64,000 nucleotides of DNA from Polyangiales bacterium (lineage in GTDB: Bacteria > Myxococcota_A > Polyangia > Polyangiales > Ga0077539), in NCBI GenBank assembly GCA_044229975.1, contig JBGARZ010000006.1, positions 160,001 through 224,000 on the forward strand. Reading direction: 5' to 3'. This document shows, in pieces, positions 18,813-26,571 of the stretch. Under the pieces are notes generated by a model. It saw only the letters and a program-made list of their open reading frames with translations. It did not search any database and was not told the DNA's origin. Position 1 is the first letter of the stretch; each line of letters starts with the position of its first letter. The translations under genes were made by a program, and so were the position numbers.

Positions 18813-18918
18813 CCACGCCGCAGCGTCAGCGCGGCGCGCACCCGCGACCTCTCCAGCGCGGATAGACCTGGAACTGGCGGCGTGATCGGTCGCGCGCCGC
18901 GCCGACGCTGCTGCGTGG
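18813..18918. repeat. 27-bp inverted repeat (REP-like, family B; related copy at 51964)
   Basis: ccacgccgcagcgtcagcgcggcgcgc (18813-18839) pairs with 18892-18918 with 2 mismatches; lies between convergent genes. Confidence 0.8.
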
Positions 18919-18940
18919 GCCCAGAGGAGCGGTCATCCCC

Positions 18941-18988
18941 GGCGACGTACGTCATTTCCGACGTACGTCAGAAGTGACGTGCGTCGCC
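18941..18988. repeat. Near-palindromic triple repeat of YGACGTRCGTCR with 16-bp period
   Basis: cgacgtacgtca-tttc-cgacgtacgtca-gaag-tgacgtgcgtcg flanked by gg/cc. Confidence 0.8.
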
Positions 18989-18992
18989 CACT

Positions 18993-20435
18993 TCACACGA
19001 TCCGGAAGGCGTCCTTCAGCGTGCACCGTCGCTCGCGCGTGAACGTCCGCGCCGTCGTGAGCCCCTCGCCCGTCGGCGACGCGATGGTCCACGACGTCCA
19101 CCCCTCGCCGCCCACGCCGATGCCGTTGTAGTTGGGCCCGTTCTTCACGAAGATCGACGTGTTGATGGCCCTCGCCATGCGCGAGAGGTTCTCGATGTTG
19201 GTGCTCCACATCGTCGCCGTGTGCCCGTAGCCGTGCTCGACGCGCTTGGCCGTCGCGATGGCCTCGTCCACATCCTTCACGCGCACCAGCCCCAACACCG
19301 GCATCAGGAGTTCGTGCTGCACGAAGGGGTGCTTCTCGTCGACCTCGGCCCACAAGAGCCGCAGGTCGTCCGGCGCGCTCTTCCCGATGGCCCGCAGGAT
19401 CACGTTGGCGTTGCGACCCACGAACTCCCGGTTGACGTGCCCGTCGCTCGTCAGGATCACCTTCTCCAGCGCCCGCACCTCGCCCGGACTGAGCTCGTGC
19501 GTCCCGCTCTCCTTCAGCGCCTTCTTGAACTTGTCCGCGACCGACCCGACGACGATGATCTCCTTCTCACACGTGCAGATCACGTTGTTGTCGAAGCTCG
19601 CGCCCGCCACAATTCCGCGCGCCGCCGCTTCGAGATGCGCCGTCTCGTCGACCACCGCCGGGGGGTTGCCCGGCCCCGCGCTGATGGCCCGCTTGCCCGA
19701 CTTCATGGCCTCGGTCACCACCGCGCCGCCGCCCGTCACCACCACGATGCGAACGCCCGGGTGACGCATCAGCGCCTGCGCGCTCGCCACCGTCGGCTCG
19801 GCGATGCAGCACAGCAGGTCTTCCGGCCCGCCCGCCGCGACGATGGCGTCGGAGAGCAGCGACACGTACCAGGCCGACGTCTCCCTCGCGAGCGGGTGCG
19901 TGTTGAACACCACCGCGTTGCCGCCGGCCACCATCCCGATGCCATTGTTGATGATGGTCTCGGTGGGGTTGGTGCAGGGCGTGATCGCCGCGATGACCCC
20001 GTAGGGCGCCCGCTCGGTGATCATCAACCCCTCGTCACCGCTCGCCGCGATGGGCTCAAGAATCTCCGGCCCCGGCGTCTTGGTGATGGCCGCGCGGTTC
20101 TTCATCCGCTTGTCTTCAATGCGGCCGAGGGACGTCTCCTTCACGGCGCGCTGGCACATCTCCTCCAGCACCCCGAGCGCCGCCTGCCGCATCGAGCGAA
20201 CCACCGCCCGCCGCGTCTCCATCGGCATCTGCTCGTAGCGCTCGTACGCCCGCCGGGCCGCCGCCACCGCCGTGTCGACGTCGTCGAACACCCCGCGCCG
20301 CTTCACCCGCACCGTCGGCGCACCGCCGCCCATCGCCCGCTCGATGGCCCCCGGTGAGGCCGTCACGCCCTGCTTTCGCAGCCGCTCGACCACCATCGCC
20401 ACGATCTGATCCACCGTCGGGTCGTTGCTCTTCAT
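18993..20435 (-). CDS. eutE: CoA-acylating aldehyde dehydrogenase of microcompartment type (EutE/PduP)
   Basis: PYGVIAAITPCTNPTET, VTGGGAVV, AGPGNPPAVVDETA, SFDNNVICTCEKE, ELLMP, TIASPTGEG; N-terminal DPTVDQIVAMVVERL. Confidence 0.92.
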   Translation of the reverse strand: MKSNDPTVDQIVAMVVERLRKQGVTASPGAIERAMGGGAPTVRVKRRGVFDDVDTAVAAARRAYERYEQMPMETRRAVVRSMRQAALGVLEEMCQRAVKETSLGRIEDKRMKNRAAITKTPGPEILEPIAASGDEGLMITERAPYGVIAAITPCTNPTETIINNGIGMVAGGNAVVFNTHPLARETSAWYVSLLSDAIVAAGGPEDLLCCIAEPTVASAQALMRHPGVRIVVVTGGGAVVTEAMKSGKRAISAGPGNPPAVVDETAHLEAAARGIVAGASFDNNVICTCEKEIIVVGSVADKFKKALKESGTHELSPGEVRALEKVILTSDGHVNREFVGRNANVILRAIGKSAPDDLRLLWAEVDEKHPFVQHELLMPVLGLVRVKDVDEAIATAKRVEHGYGHTATMWSTNIENLSRMARAINTSIFVKNGPNYNGIGVGGEGWTSWTIASPTGEGLTTARTFTRERRCTLKDAFRIV

Positions 20436-20514
20436 ACGGGCGCGGACCGTAGCCCACCGGCCGACGGGCCCACAACCCCGCCGCGCCAACGGTGATACCG
20501 TCAGCGCCCTCCCG

Positions 20515-21258
20515 ATGCGTCGTCGCCCCATCGCGCTCCTCGCCCTCGCATTCACCGCCGCCGCCTGCCGCTCGCGCGCGCCCCGCCCCGCGCTTGGCGT
20601 GGTGGTTCCGCTCGTGCCCGACGCCGGTCCACCACCGGGAGCCCGCGCCGCCAACCGCCCCGACGCCTCGACCTTCACCCTCATCCGCGACCGACCCCCG
20701 CCCGTCGGTGCGCTTGGCGTTCGCTTCGGGCAGACCCGCGCCGAGGTCACCGCCCTGCACACCGCGGCCGCCATCCCGTGCCGCCCGTCGGGCGAGTACC
20801 TCTTCTGCAACGCGCCGCTCGAAGCCCTGCCGGTGCGCGTGATGGTCACCTACGAGTTCTGCGGCGAGGCCCTCTGCTCCATCGCCGTCGACGGGACGCG
20901 CACCGAAGACGAAGACGTCCTCCTGCGCGAGTACGACGCCCTGCTCGAAGCCTCCCGCCGCGCGCTCGGAACGCCCATCGCCGAGGCCCGCCGCGTCGGC
21001 CCCGGCTGCCGCGGTCACCTCCCGCTCTGCCTCACGTCGCGCCAGTCGCAGCTCAACGCCCGCTGGTCGTGGCCCGACGGCCCGCAGGTCGAGCTCTCCG
21101 TCGACCAGCTCGAAGACGACGCCCTCCAGGCCCAGGCCGCCATCACCTGGCTCTCCGCCGATCGTGTGCACCGCCCCGCGCCCGACCCCGTGCGCGCCAC
21201 CGACGCCGCCGTCACCGACGCGACCGCCGCCGCCACGGACGACGCCGCCCGTCCATGA
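20515..21258 (+). CDS. Hypothetical Cys-containing lipoprotein
   Basis: MRRRPIALLALAFTAAAC lipobox-like signal; ATGA overlap with the next gene. Confidence 0.7.
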   Translation: MRRRPIALLALAFTAAACRSRAPRPALGVVVPLVPDAGPPPGARAANRPDASTFTLIRDRPPPVGALGVRFGQTRAEVTALHTAAAIPCRPSGEYLFCNAPLEALPVRVMVTYEFCGEALCSIAVDGTRTEDEDVLLREYDALLEASRRALGTPIAEARRVGPGCRGHLPLCLTSRQSQLNARWSWPDGPQVELSVDQLEDDALQAQAAITWLSADRVHRPAPDPVRATDAAVTDATAAATDDAARP

Positions 21259-24212
21259 TCCGCGCGTCGGCCGTCGCCCTCGCCCTCGTCCTCGCGAGCG
21301 CCACCGCCCACGCCCAGCAAGACCCTCGCCTCCAGTGGCGCACCCTGGAGACGCCCCATTTCCGCATCCATTTCTATCAGGACATGGAGCGCATCGCGCG
21401 CCGCGTCGCGGTCATCGCCGAGCACACCGTCGAGCGCCTCGCCGTCCCCCTCGGTTGGCGACAGAGCCAGATTACCCAGATCGTCCTGCGCGACAGCACC
21501 GACGACGCCAACGGCAGCGCCACGGCCATTCCCGTCAACACCCTCCAGCTCTTCGTCACCGCCCCCGACGACCTCTCCGTGCTGGAGCAATACGACGACT
21601 GGCTGGAGACCCTCGTCACGCACGAGTACGCCCACATCCTGCACACCGATCACATCTCGGGATTGCCCGCGATCATCAACGCCATCATCGGCAAGCAGTG
21701 GGCGCCCAACCAGGTTCAGCCGCGCTTCATCCTCGAAGGGCTCGCGACCTTCGAGGAGAGCCTCCACACCCGCGGCGGACGACTCCGCTCCGCCACCTGG
21801 GACTCGTACCTCCGCGCCGACGCCCTCGCGGGAAACTTCCAGACCCTCGACCAGCTCGTCGTCGGCCCCAACCGCTGGCCGCACGGCAACCTCTGGTACC
21901 TCTACGGCTCCTATCTCATGCGCTACGTGGCCGACCGCTACGGCGCGCAATCCATGGCCGACCTCAGCCGCGAGTACGGCTCCATGGCGGCACCATGGCA
22001 GCTCAACCGCGCCATCCGACGCGTGACGGGTCACACCTGGGAGGAGATCTATGAAGACTTCCAGCGCGACACCGTCGCCCGCTACACGCGACAGCGCGAC
22101 ACCCTCGTCGCCAACCGCCTCGAAGAAGGCACGCGCCTCACCAACCAGGGTGAGTTCGTCCGCAACGCGCGCTTCCTCCCCGACGGAACCATCGTCTACG
22201 AAAGCTCCGACGGACAATCCCCCGCGCGCCTGCGCTCACTCCCCGCCTCCGCGGTGACCACCACGGCCCTCAGCACGCCGACGGACCTCCCGCGCGTCGC
22301 CGGTCCATCGGGCTTCGCGCCGTGGGGCGACCACGCCCTGCTCGTCTCCGACGCCGACCTCCACCGCTTCGTCTACAACTATCACGACCTCCGACGCTGG
22401 AGCCTCACGCGCGACGACGACGGCGCCCTCGACGTCACCGAAGACGAACGCCTCACCGACGGCTGGCGCGCCCAGCAGCCCGACGTTCATCCCGACGCCG
22501 ACCACGCGGTCTTCACGGTCAATCACCGCGGGACAACCCGCTTGATGGAGATGTCCCTCACCGACCGCCACCCGGTCGCCCTCTTCGCGCCTCGCCCCTT
22601 CGAGCAGGTCTTCGCACCTCGCTACAGCCCCGACGGTCGAACCATCGCGTTCTCGTTCTGGCGTCGCGGCGGCTACCGCGACCTCTGGACCCTCGATCGC
22701 GCCACGCACGCGCTCACCCGACACACCCACGACCGCGCGCTCGACACATCACCCTCGTACAGCCCCGACGGTCGTTGGCTGCTGTGGTCGTCCGACCGTA
22801 CCGGCATCGCCAACCTCTACGCGCTGGAGGTAGCCACCGGCCGCATCCGACAGGTGACCAACACCGTGCTGGGTGCGTGGCAGCCCAACGTCAGCCCCGA
22901 CGGACGAACGCTCGTCTACCTGGGTTATTCGCACCGCGGATACGACCTCTTCCGACTCCCCTTCGACCCCGCGCGATGGCGCGATCCCGAGGTCGTCACC
23001 GAAGACCCCTTCGGCCGCGACGAGCCCCGCGACCCGCACCCCGCCGAAGACGCCGCGCCCGATTTCCCCACGCGGCTCACGGCCTACAACCCGTGGTCCA
23101 CCCTGTACCCGCGAACGTGGTCGGCCGAGCTCACCAGCGACGGCTTCGGCCCGCAGATCGCCGTCCGCACCGAAGGCACCGACATCGTCGGCCGCCACTC
23201 ATGGAGCGCGCGGCTCGGCGTCGGCCTCGTGCGCGGCGACCCCTGGGTCGACCTCGGCTACGTCTATCGCGGCATGCGACCGACCATCCGGCTGCGGCTC
23301 TACCGCTCCGTCGACGCGGGCGGCGGATATCGCATCGGGCGGCTCAACCCCACCTGGGCGGCCGAGCGCATCGGCGGCGAGAGCGAGATCTCCATCGGGT
23401 TCCCGAGCCGCTTCGATACGCACTTCCTCTCCATGACCTATGACGCGCAGTGGGTGCGCGCCTTCGGGGGACTGCCCAACTTCGATCGCAACATCGACCC
23501 GAGCGGAACAGCCCCGTCATTCCCCTTCGAGGGCTGGGTCGCGGGGCTGCGCCTGTCGTGGTCGTGGTCCAACGCGCAGCGCTTCACGTACTCCATCAGC
23601 AACCAGCAGGGCGTGTCGGTGTTTGCGACGGTGCGCGTGCTCGACGCCGTTCTCGGGAGCAGCGTCGGCGGCATCGACGCCTCCGCCGCGGTGTCGGGAT
23701 ACATCCCCATGCCGTGGGGACAGAACCGCCGAAGGCACATCCTCGCGCTCCACGCCGGCGCGGGCATCGGCGCCAACGACCGCGGCGAGCGCGGGGTGTT
23801 CTCCGTCGGCGGCTTCCCGAGCTTCTCCGCCCAGAACTGGCTCGACGCCTTCCGTTACGGCGTGCAGGCGGGCGGCGTGGCGCTGCGGGGTTATCCGCCC
23901 TTCGTGCGCGGCGGCAGCCAGTTTCAGATCGCCAACGCGGAGTACCGCTTTCCCATCTGGCAGACGCAGCGGGGCCTCTCGACGCTGCCGCTCTTCTTCC
24001 AGCGCATCTCGGGTGACGTCTTCGTCGACGCGGGCAACGCCAACTTCGGACGCTTCAACCCCGACGGCATCCTGGTGGGCGCCGGGGCCGAGGTGCTCAT
24101 CGATTTCGTGGCGGGATACTTCCTCCCGTTCACCGCGCGCATCGGGTACGCGCGCGGCTTCATGGAGGGCGGGGACGATCAGGTGTACGGGCTCTTCAGC
24201 TCGCCGTTTTAG
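21255..24212 (+). CDS. Outer-membrane protein: zincin-like domain + TolB/PD40 beta-propeller + Omp85/BamA-type barrel
   Basis: Signal peptide AHA-Q, HEYAH...EG motif, repeated PxYSPDG units, LRGY and AEYRFP barrel motifs, C-terminal Phe. Confidence 0.82.
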   Translation: MIRASAVALALVLASATAHAQQDPRLQWRTLETPHFRIHFYQDMERIARRVAVIAEHTVERLAVPLGWRQSQITQIVLRDSTDDANGSATAIPVNTLQLFVTAPDDLSVLEQYDDWLETLVTHEYAHILHTDHISGLPAIINAIIGKQWAPNQVQPRFILEGLATFEESLHTRGGRLRSATWDSYLRADALAGNFQTLDQLVVGPNRWPHGNLWYLYGSYLMRYVADRYGAQSMADLSREYGSMAAPWQLNRAIRRVTGHTWEEIYEDFQRDTVARYTRQRDTLVANRLEEGTRLTNQGEFVRNARFLPDGTIVYESSDGQSPARLRSLPASAVTTTALSTPTDLPRVAGPSGFAPWGDHALLVSDADLHRFVYNYHDLRRWSLTRDDDGALDVTEDERLTDGWRAQQPDVHPDADHAVFTVNHRGTTRLMEMSLTDRHPVALFAPRPFEQVFAPRYSPDGRTIAFSFWRRGGYRDLWTLDRATHALTRHTHDRALDTSPSYSPDGRWLLWSSDRTGIANLYALEVATGRIRQVTNTVLGAWQPNVSPDGRTLVYLGYSHRGYDLFRLPFDPARWRDPEVVTEDPFGRDEPRDPHPAEDAAPDFPTRLTAYNPWSTLYPRTWSAELTSDGFGPQIAVRTEGTDIVGRHSWSARLGVGLVRGDPWVDLGYVYRGMRPTIRLRLYRSVDAGGGYRIGRLNPTWAAERIGGESEISIGFPSRFDTHFLSMTYDAQWVRAFGGLPNFDRNIDPSGTAPSFPFEGWVAGLRLSWSWSNAQRFTYSISNQQGVSVFATVRVLDAVLGSSVGGIDASAAVSGYIPMPWGQNRRRHILALHAGAGIGANDRGERGVFSVGGFPSFSAQNWLDAFRYGVQAGGVALRGYPPFVRGGSQFQIANAEYRFPIWQTQRGLSTLPLFFQRISGDVFVDAGNANFGRFNPDGILVGAGAEVLIDFVAGYFLPFTARIGYARGFMEGGDDQVYGLFSSPF

Positions 24213-24826
24213 GGCGCCGCGATTTCGAGGTTGCGAAACGCGAACACCGTCGCGCTCTCGCTCTCCGCGCTGCCGCCCTGCGCCTGGAGGGCGACGTGGC
24301 CCGCGGCGAAGGTGTCGTCCTTCACCGTCGTGAGCCGCACGTCGTTGGCGTACACGATGATCTCCGACCCGGTCGCGACGATGCGAAGGCGGTTCTCCTC
24401 GCCGACGCCCGCCTTGAGGGCCTCGTGGCGCGTCCAGTCGATGAGCGCGGTGCTGCTGTTGGCCACGCGGCGCGTGAGCCGGTAGTACCCCTCGCCGTCG
24501 ATGAAGACCCGGTAGTTGTCCTTGTCGCTCTTCGCGCGGAAGCTGATGCCCGCGTAGCTCTGCGTGGGCTCCTGCGCGCTCAGCAGCGCGATGGTGACGC
24601 TGACCGAGAAGTCGCCAAACTGCTGCTTCTCAAACCAGTAGGCCGCGACCGAGGTCTCGCCGCCGGGCAGCGTGACCACCAGACCCGGCGCGTCGAAGCG
24701 CAGCGGCGGCGTGCGGGAGGTCGCCGCGAAGGACCACCCCGCGGGCTCGGCCTTGAACGCCTCCTCCAGCACCGTGGGCCACGCGACCGCGTCGCTCGTC
24801 GCCCCGTTCTCCACCGAATCGCTCAT
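24209..24826 (-). CDS. DUF1080/LamG-like beta-sandwich protein
   Basis: FGDFSVSV, AGISFRA, NRLRIVATGSEIIVYAND, GHVALQ, FRNLEI; start after GAAAGGAAG. Confidence 0.7.
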   Translation of the reverse strand: MSDSVENGATSDAVAWPTVLEEAFKAEPAGWSFAATSRTPPLRFDAPGLVVTLPGGETSVAAYWFEKQQFGDFSVSVTIALLSAQEPTQSYAGISFRAKSDKDNYRVFIDGEGYYRLTRRVANSSTALIDWTRHEALKAGVGEENRLRIVATGSEIIVYANDVRLTTVKDDTFAAGHVALQAQGGSAESESATVFAFRNLEIAAP

Positions 24827-25185
24827 GCGTCCCGCTTCCTTTCGTGCGTCTGCTCGCCGGCGTCGTCGCCGTCGGTCCGGGCACGATACTCCAACCCCGT
24901 GCCTCGTTGAAGCGTCGGTCGCGGCCCCCGGAAAAACTTCTCTGGAGCTCTTAGGGGGAGCGTCTTCGGGGCCGCGGGGGTTGCGGGAGGGCGCCGGAGG
25001 GGGGCGGAGGGGTCGCCGGGCCATCCATCAACGCTGAAAAGACACCGTTCCGTGCATAGCGACCTATGCCCTCAGGGCACCCGAGAAGGGTATGTGCCGC
25101 GATGGGTTTTCAGGTCACTCCTCAAGAGTCCCTTGACTTGAATGTTCGATGCGTGGAAGGTCGCCTATCGAGAGGTGACCATCCC

Positions 25186-25683
25186 ATGACCGATATGAAT
25201 TCCGACATCAACCGCGTCCTCAATGACTTCGCCGCCCAGCTGCTCAAGATCTTCCGCGAGGCGATCGTGTCCAGCCTCGGCGGTGGCGGCACGGTGACCC
25301 GCTCGCTCCCCTCCGCGCCGAAGCGCCGCGGCCGTCCCCCGAAGTCGGCCGCCGCCGCCGCTCCCGCCCCGAAGGCCAGCGCCAGCAGCAAGAAGTCCAG
25401 CAAGCGCGGCCCGAAGAGCACCCCCAAGGAGGTCGAAGCGCTTCAGGTGCAGATCCTCGACGCCCTCAAGGGTGGCGCGAAGCTCTCCGCTTCGGAGATG
25501 GTCAAGAGCCTCAAGGTCGACCCCGGCCCCTTCCAGTATGCCCTCGGCAAGCTGAAGACCGCTGGTCAGGTGTCGCAGATCGGCGAGCGCCGCATGGCGA
25601 AGTACTCGCTCGGCGGCAAGCCCAAGGGCAAGCCCGGTCGCAAGAAGGCCGTCAAGGCCGAAGCGGCCGCCGACGCCGGCTGA
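25186..25683 (+). CDS. Basic nucleoid-associated/DNA-binding protein with AT-hook and putative winged helix
   Basis: KRRGRPPK AT-hook, Lys/Ala-rich linkers, ILDALKGG...LGKLKTAGQVSQIGERRMAKY; strongly biased codon use. Confidence 0.75.
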   Translation: MTDMNSDINRVLNDFAAQLLKIFREAIVSSLGGGGTVTRSLPSAPKRRGRPPKSAAAAAPAPKASASSKKSSKRGPKSTPKEVEALQVQILDALKGGAKLSASEMVKSLKVDPGPFQYALGKLKTAGQVSQIGERRMAKYSLGGKPKGKPGRKKAVKAEAAADAG

Positions 25684-25719
25684 TTCAGCCCCACCCCTCT
25701 CCGCCTCAATCCCTCTTCG

Positions 25720-26571
25720 CTATCCCTTCACGCTCCCCGCCGTCAGCCCGCCCACCAGGTGGCGCTGCGCCGCGTAGAACACCGCCATCACCGGAACGCT
25801 CACCACCACGGCGCCCGCCGCGAAGCGCCCCCACGCGGCGTCGTGCTCGCCCACGTAACGCTGGAGCGCCACCGGCAGCGTGAAGGCTTCCTCATGGGAG
25901 AGGAAGGTCGCCGCGAGGATGAATTCGTTCCATGCGGACATGAAGGCGAAGAGGGCGGTGACGGCGATGGCGGGTCGCGCCGCGGGCAGCACCACCTTGG
26001 TGAATGCCTGCCAGCGGGTGGCGCCGTCGACCATGGCGGCCTCCTCCAGCTCGCGCGGAATCGCCTCGAAGGCCCCGCGCAATTGGAACATCGCAAAGGG
26101 CAGGGCCGTGGTCGCGTAGACGAGCACCAGCCCCGCGCGCGTGTCGAGCAGCCCGAGCTGATCGAGGATGACGTACAGCGGTACGGCCGTCGCCACGCCC
26201 GGAAACATCTGCGTCGCGAGCAGCACGCGCATGCCACCGCTCGCCCCGACGAAGCGCAGTCGCGCCATGGCGTAGGCCGCGGGTGTGGCGAGCGCGACGG
26301 AGGCCGCGGCGGTGGCGAGCGCGACGGTCACCGAGTTGAGGAGCTGTCGGCCGAAGAGCCAACGACCGGCGGCGTCGCGCTGGAGGGTGACCGCGCGGAA
26401 GTTGTCGAGAGACACCGCCTCGGGCCACGGGAGGGCGTGCGGGGAGGGCGTTCCGCTCGGGGAGAGCGCGAGGGTGACCACCCAGAGAACGGGGTAGAGC
26501 GCGAAGGCCACCGCGATGACCAGCGCGACGTGGACCAGGAGCTCGGTGAACCAGGGTGGGCGACGGTTCAT
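25720..26571 (-). CDS. malG: Sugar ABC transporter permease (MalG-like)
   Basis: AAYAMARLRF, TQMFPG, IPRELEEAAMVDGA (EAA loop), AWNEF, GLTAGSVKG. Confidence 0.9.
   Translation of the reverse strand: MNRRPPWFTELLVHVALVIAVAFALYPVLWVVTLALSPSGTPSPHALPWPEAVSLDNFRAVTLQRDAAGRWLFGRQLLNSVTVALATAAASVALATPAAYAMARLRFVGASGGMRVLLATQMFPGVATAVPLYVILDQLGLLDTRAGLVLVYATTALPFAMFQLRGAFEAIPRELEEAAMVDGATRWQAFTKVVLPAARPAIAVTALFAFMSAWNEFILAATFLSHEEAFTLPVALQRYVGEHDAAWGRFAAGAVVVSVPVMAVFYAAQRHLVGGLTAGSVKG

Noticed and set aside
18941..18988. Mini CRISPR array
   Set aside because: Units are 12 bp with 4-bp gaps, far too short, and no cas genes are present.
25133..25161. Sigma70 promoter upstream of the AT-hook gene
   Set aside because: TTGACT is a good -35, but the hexamer at 17-bp spacing (GAAGGT) is a poor -10; not supportable as a feature.
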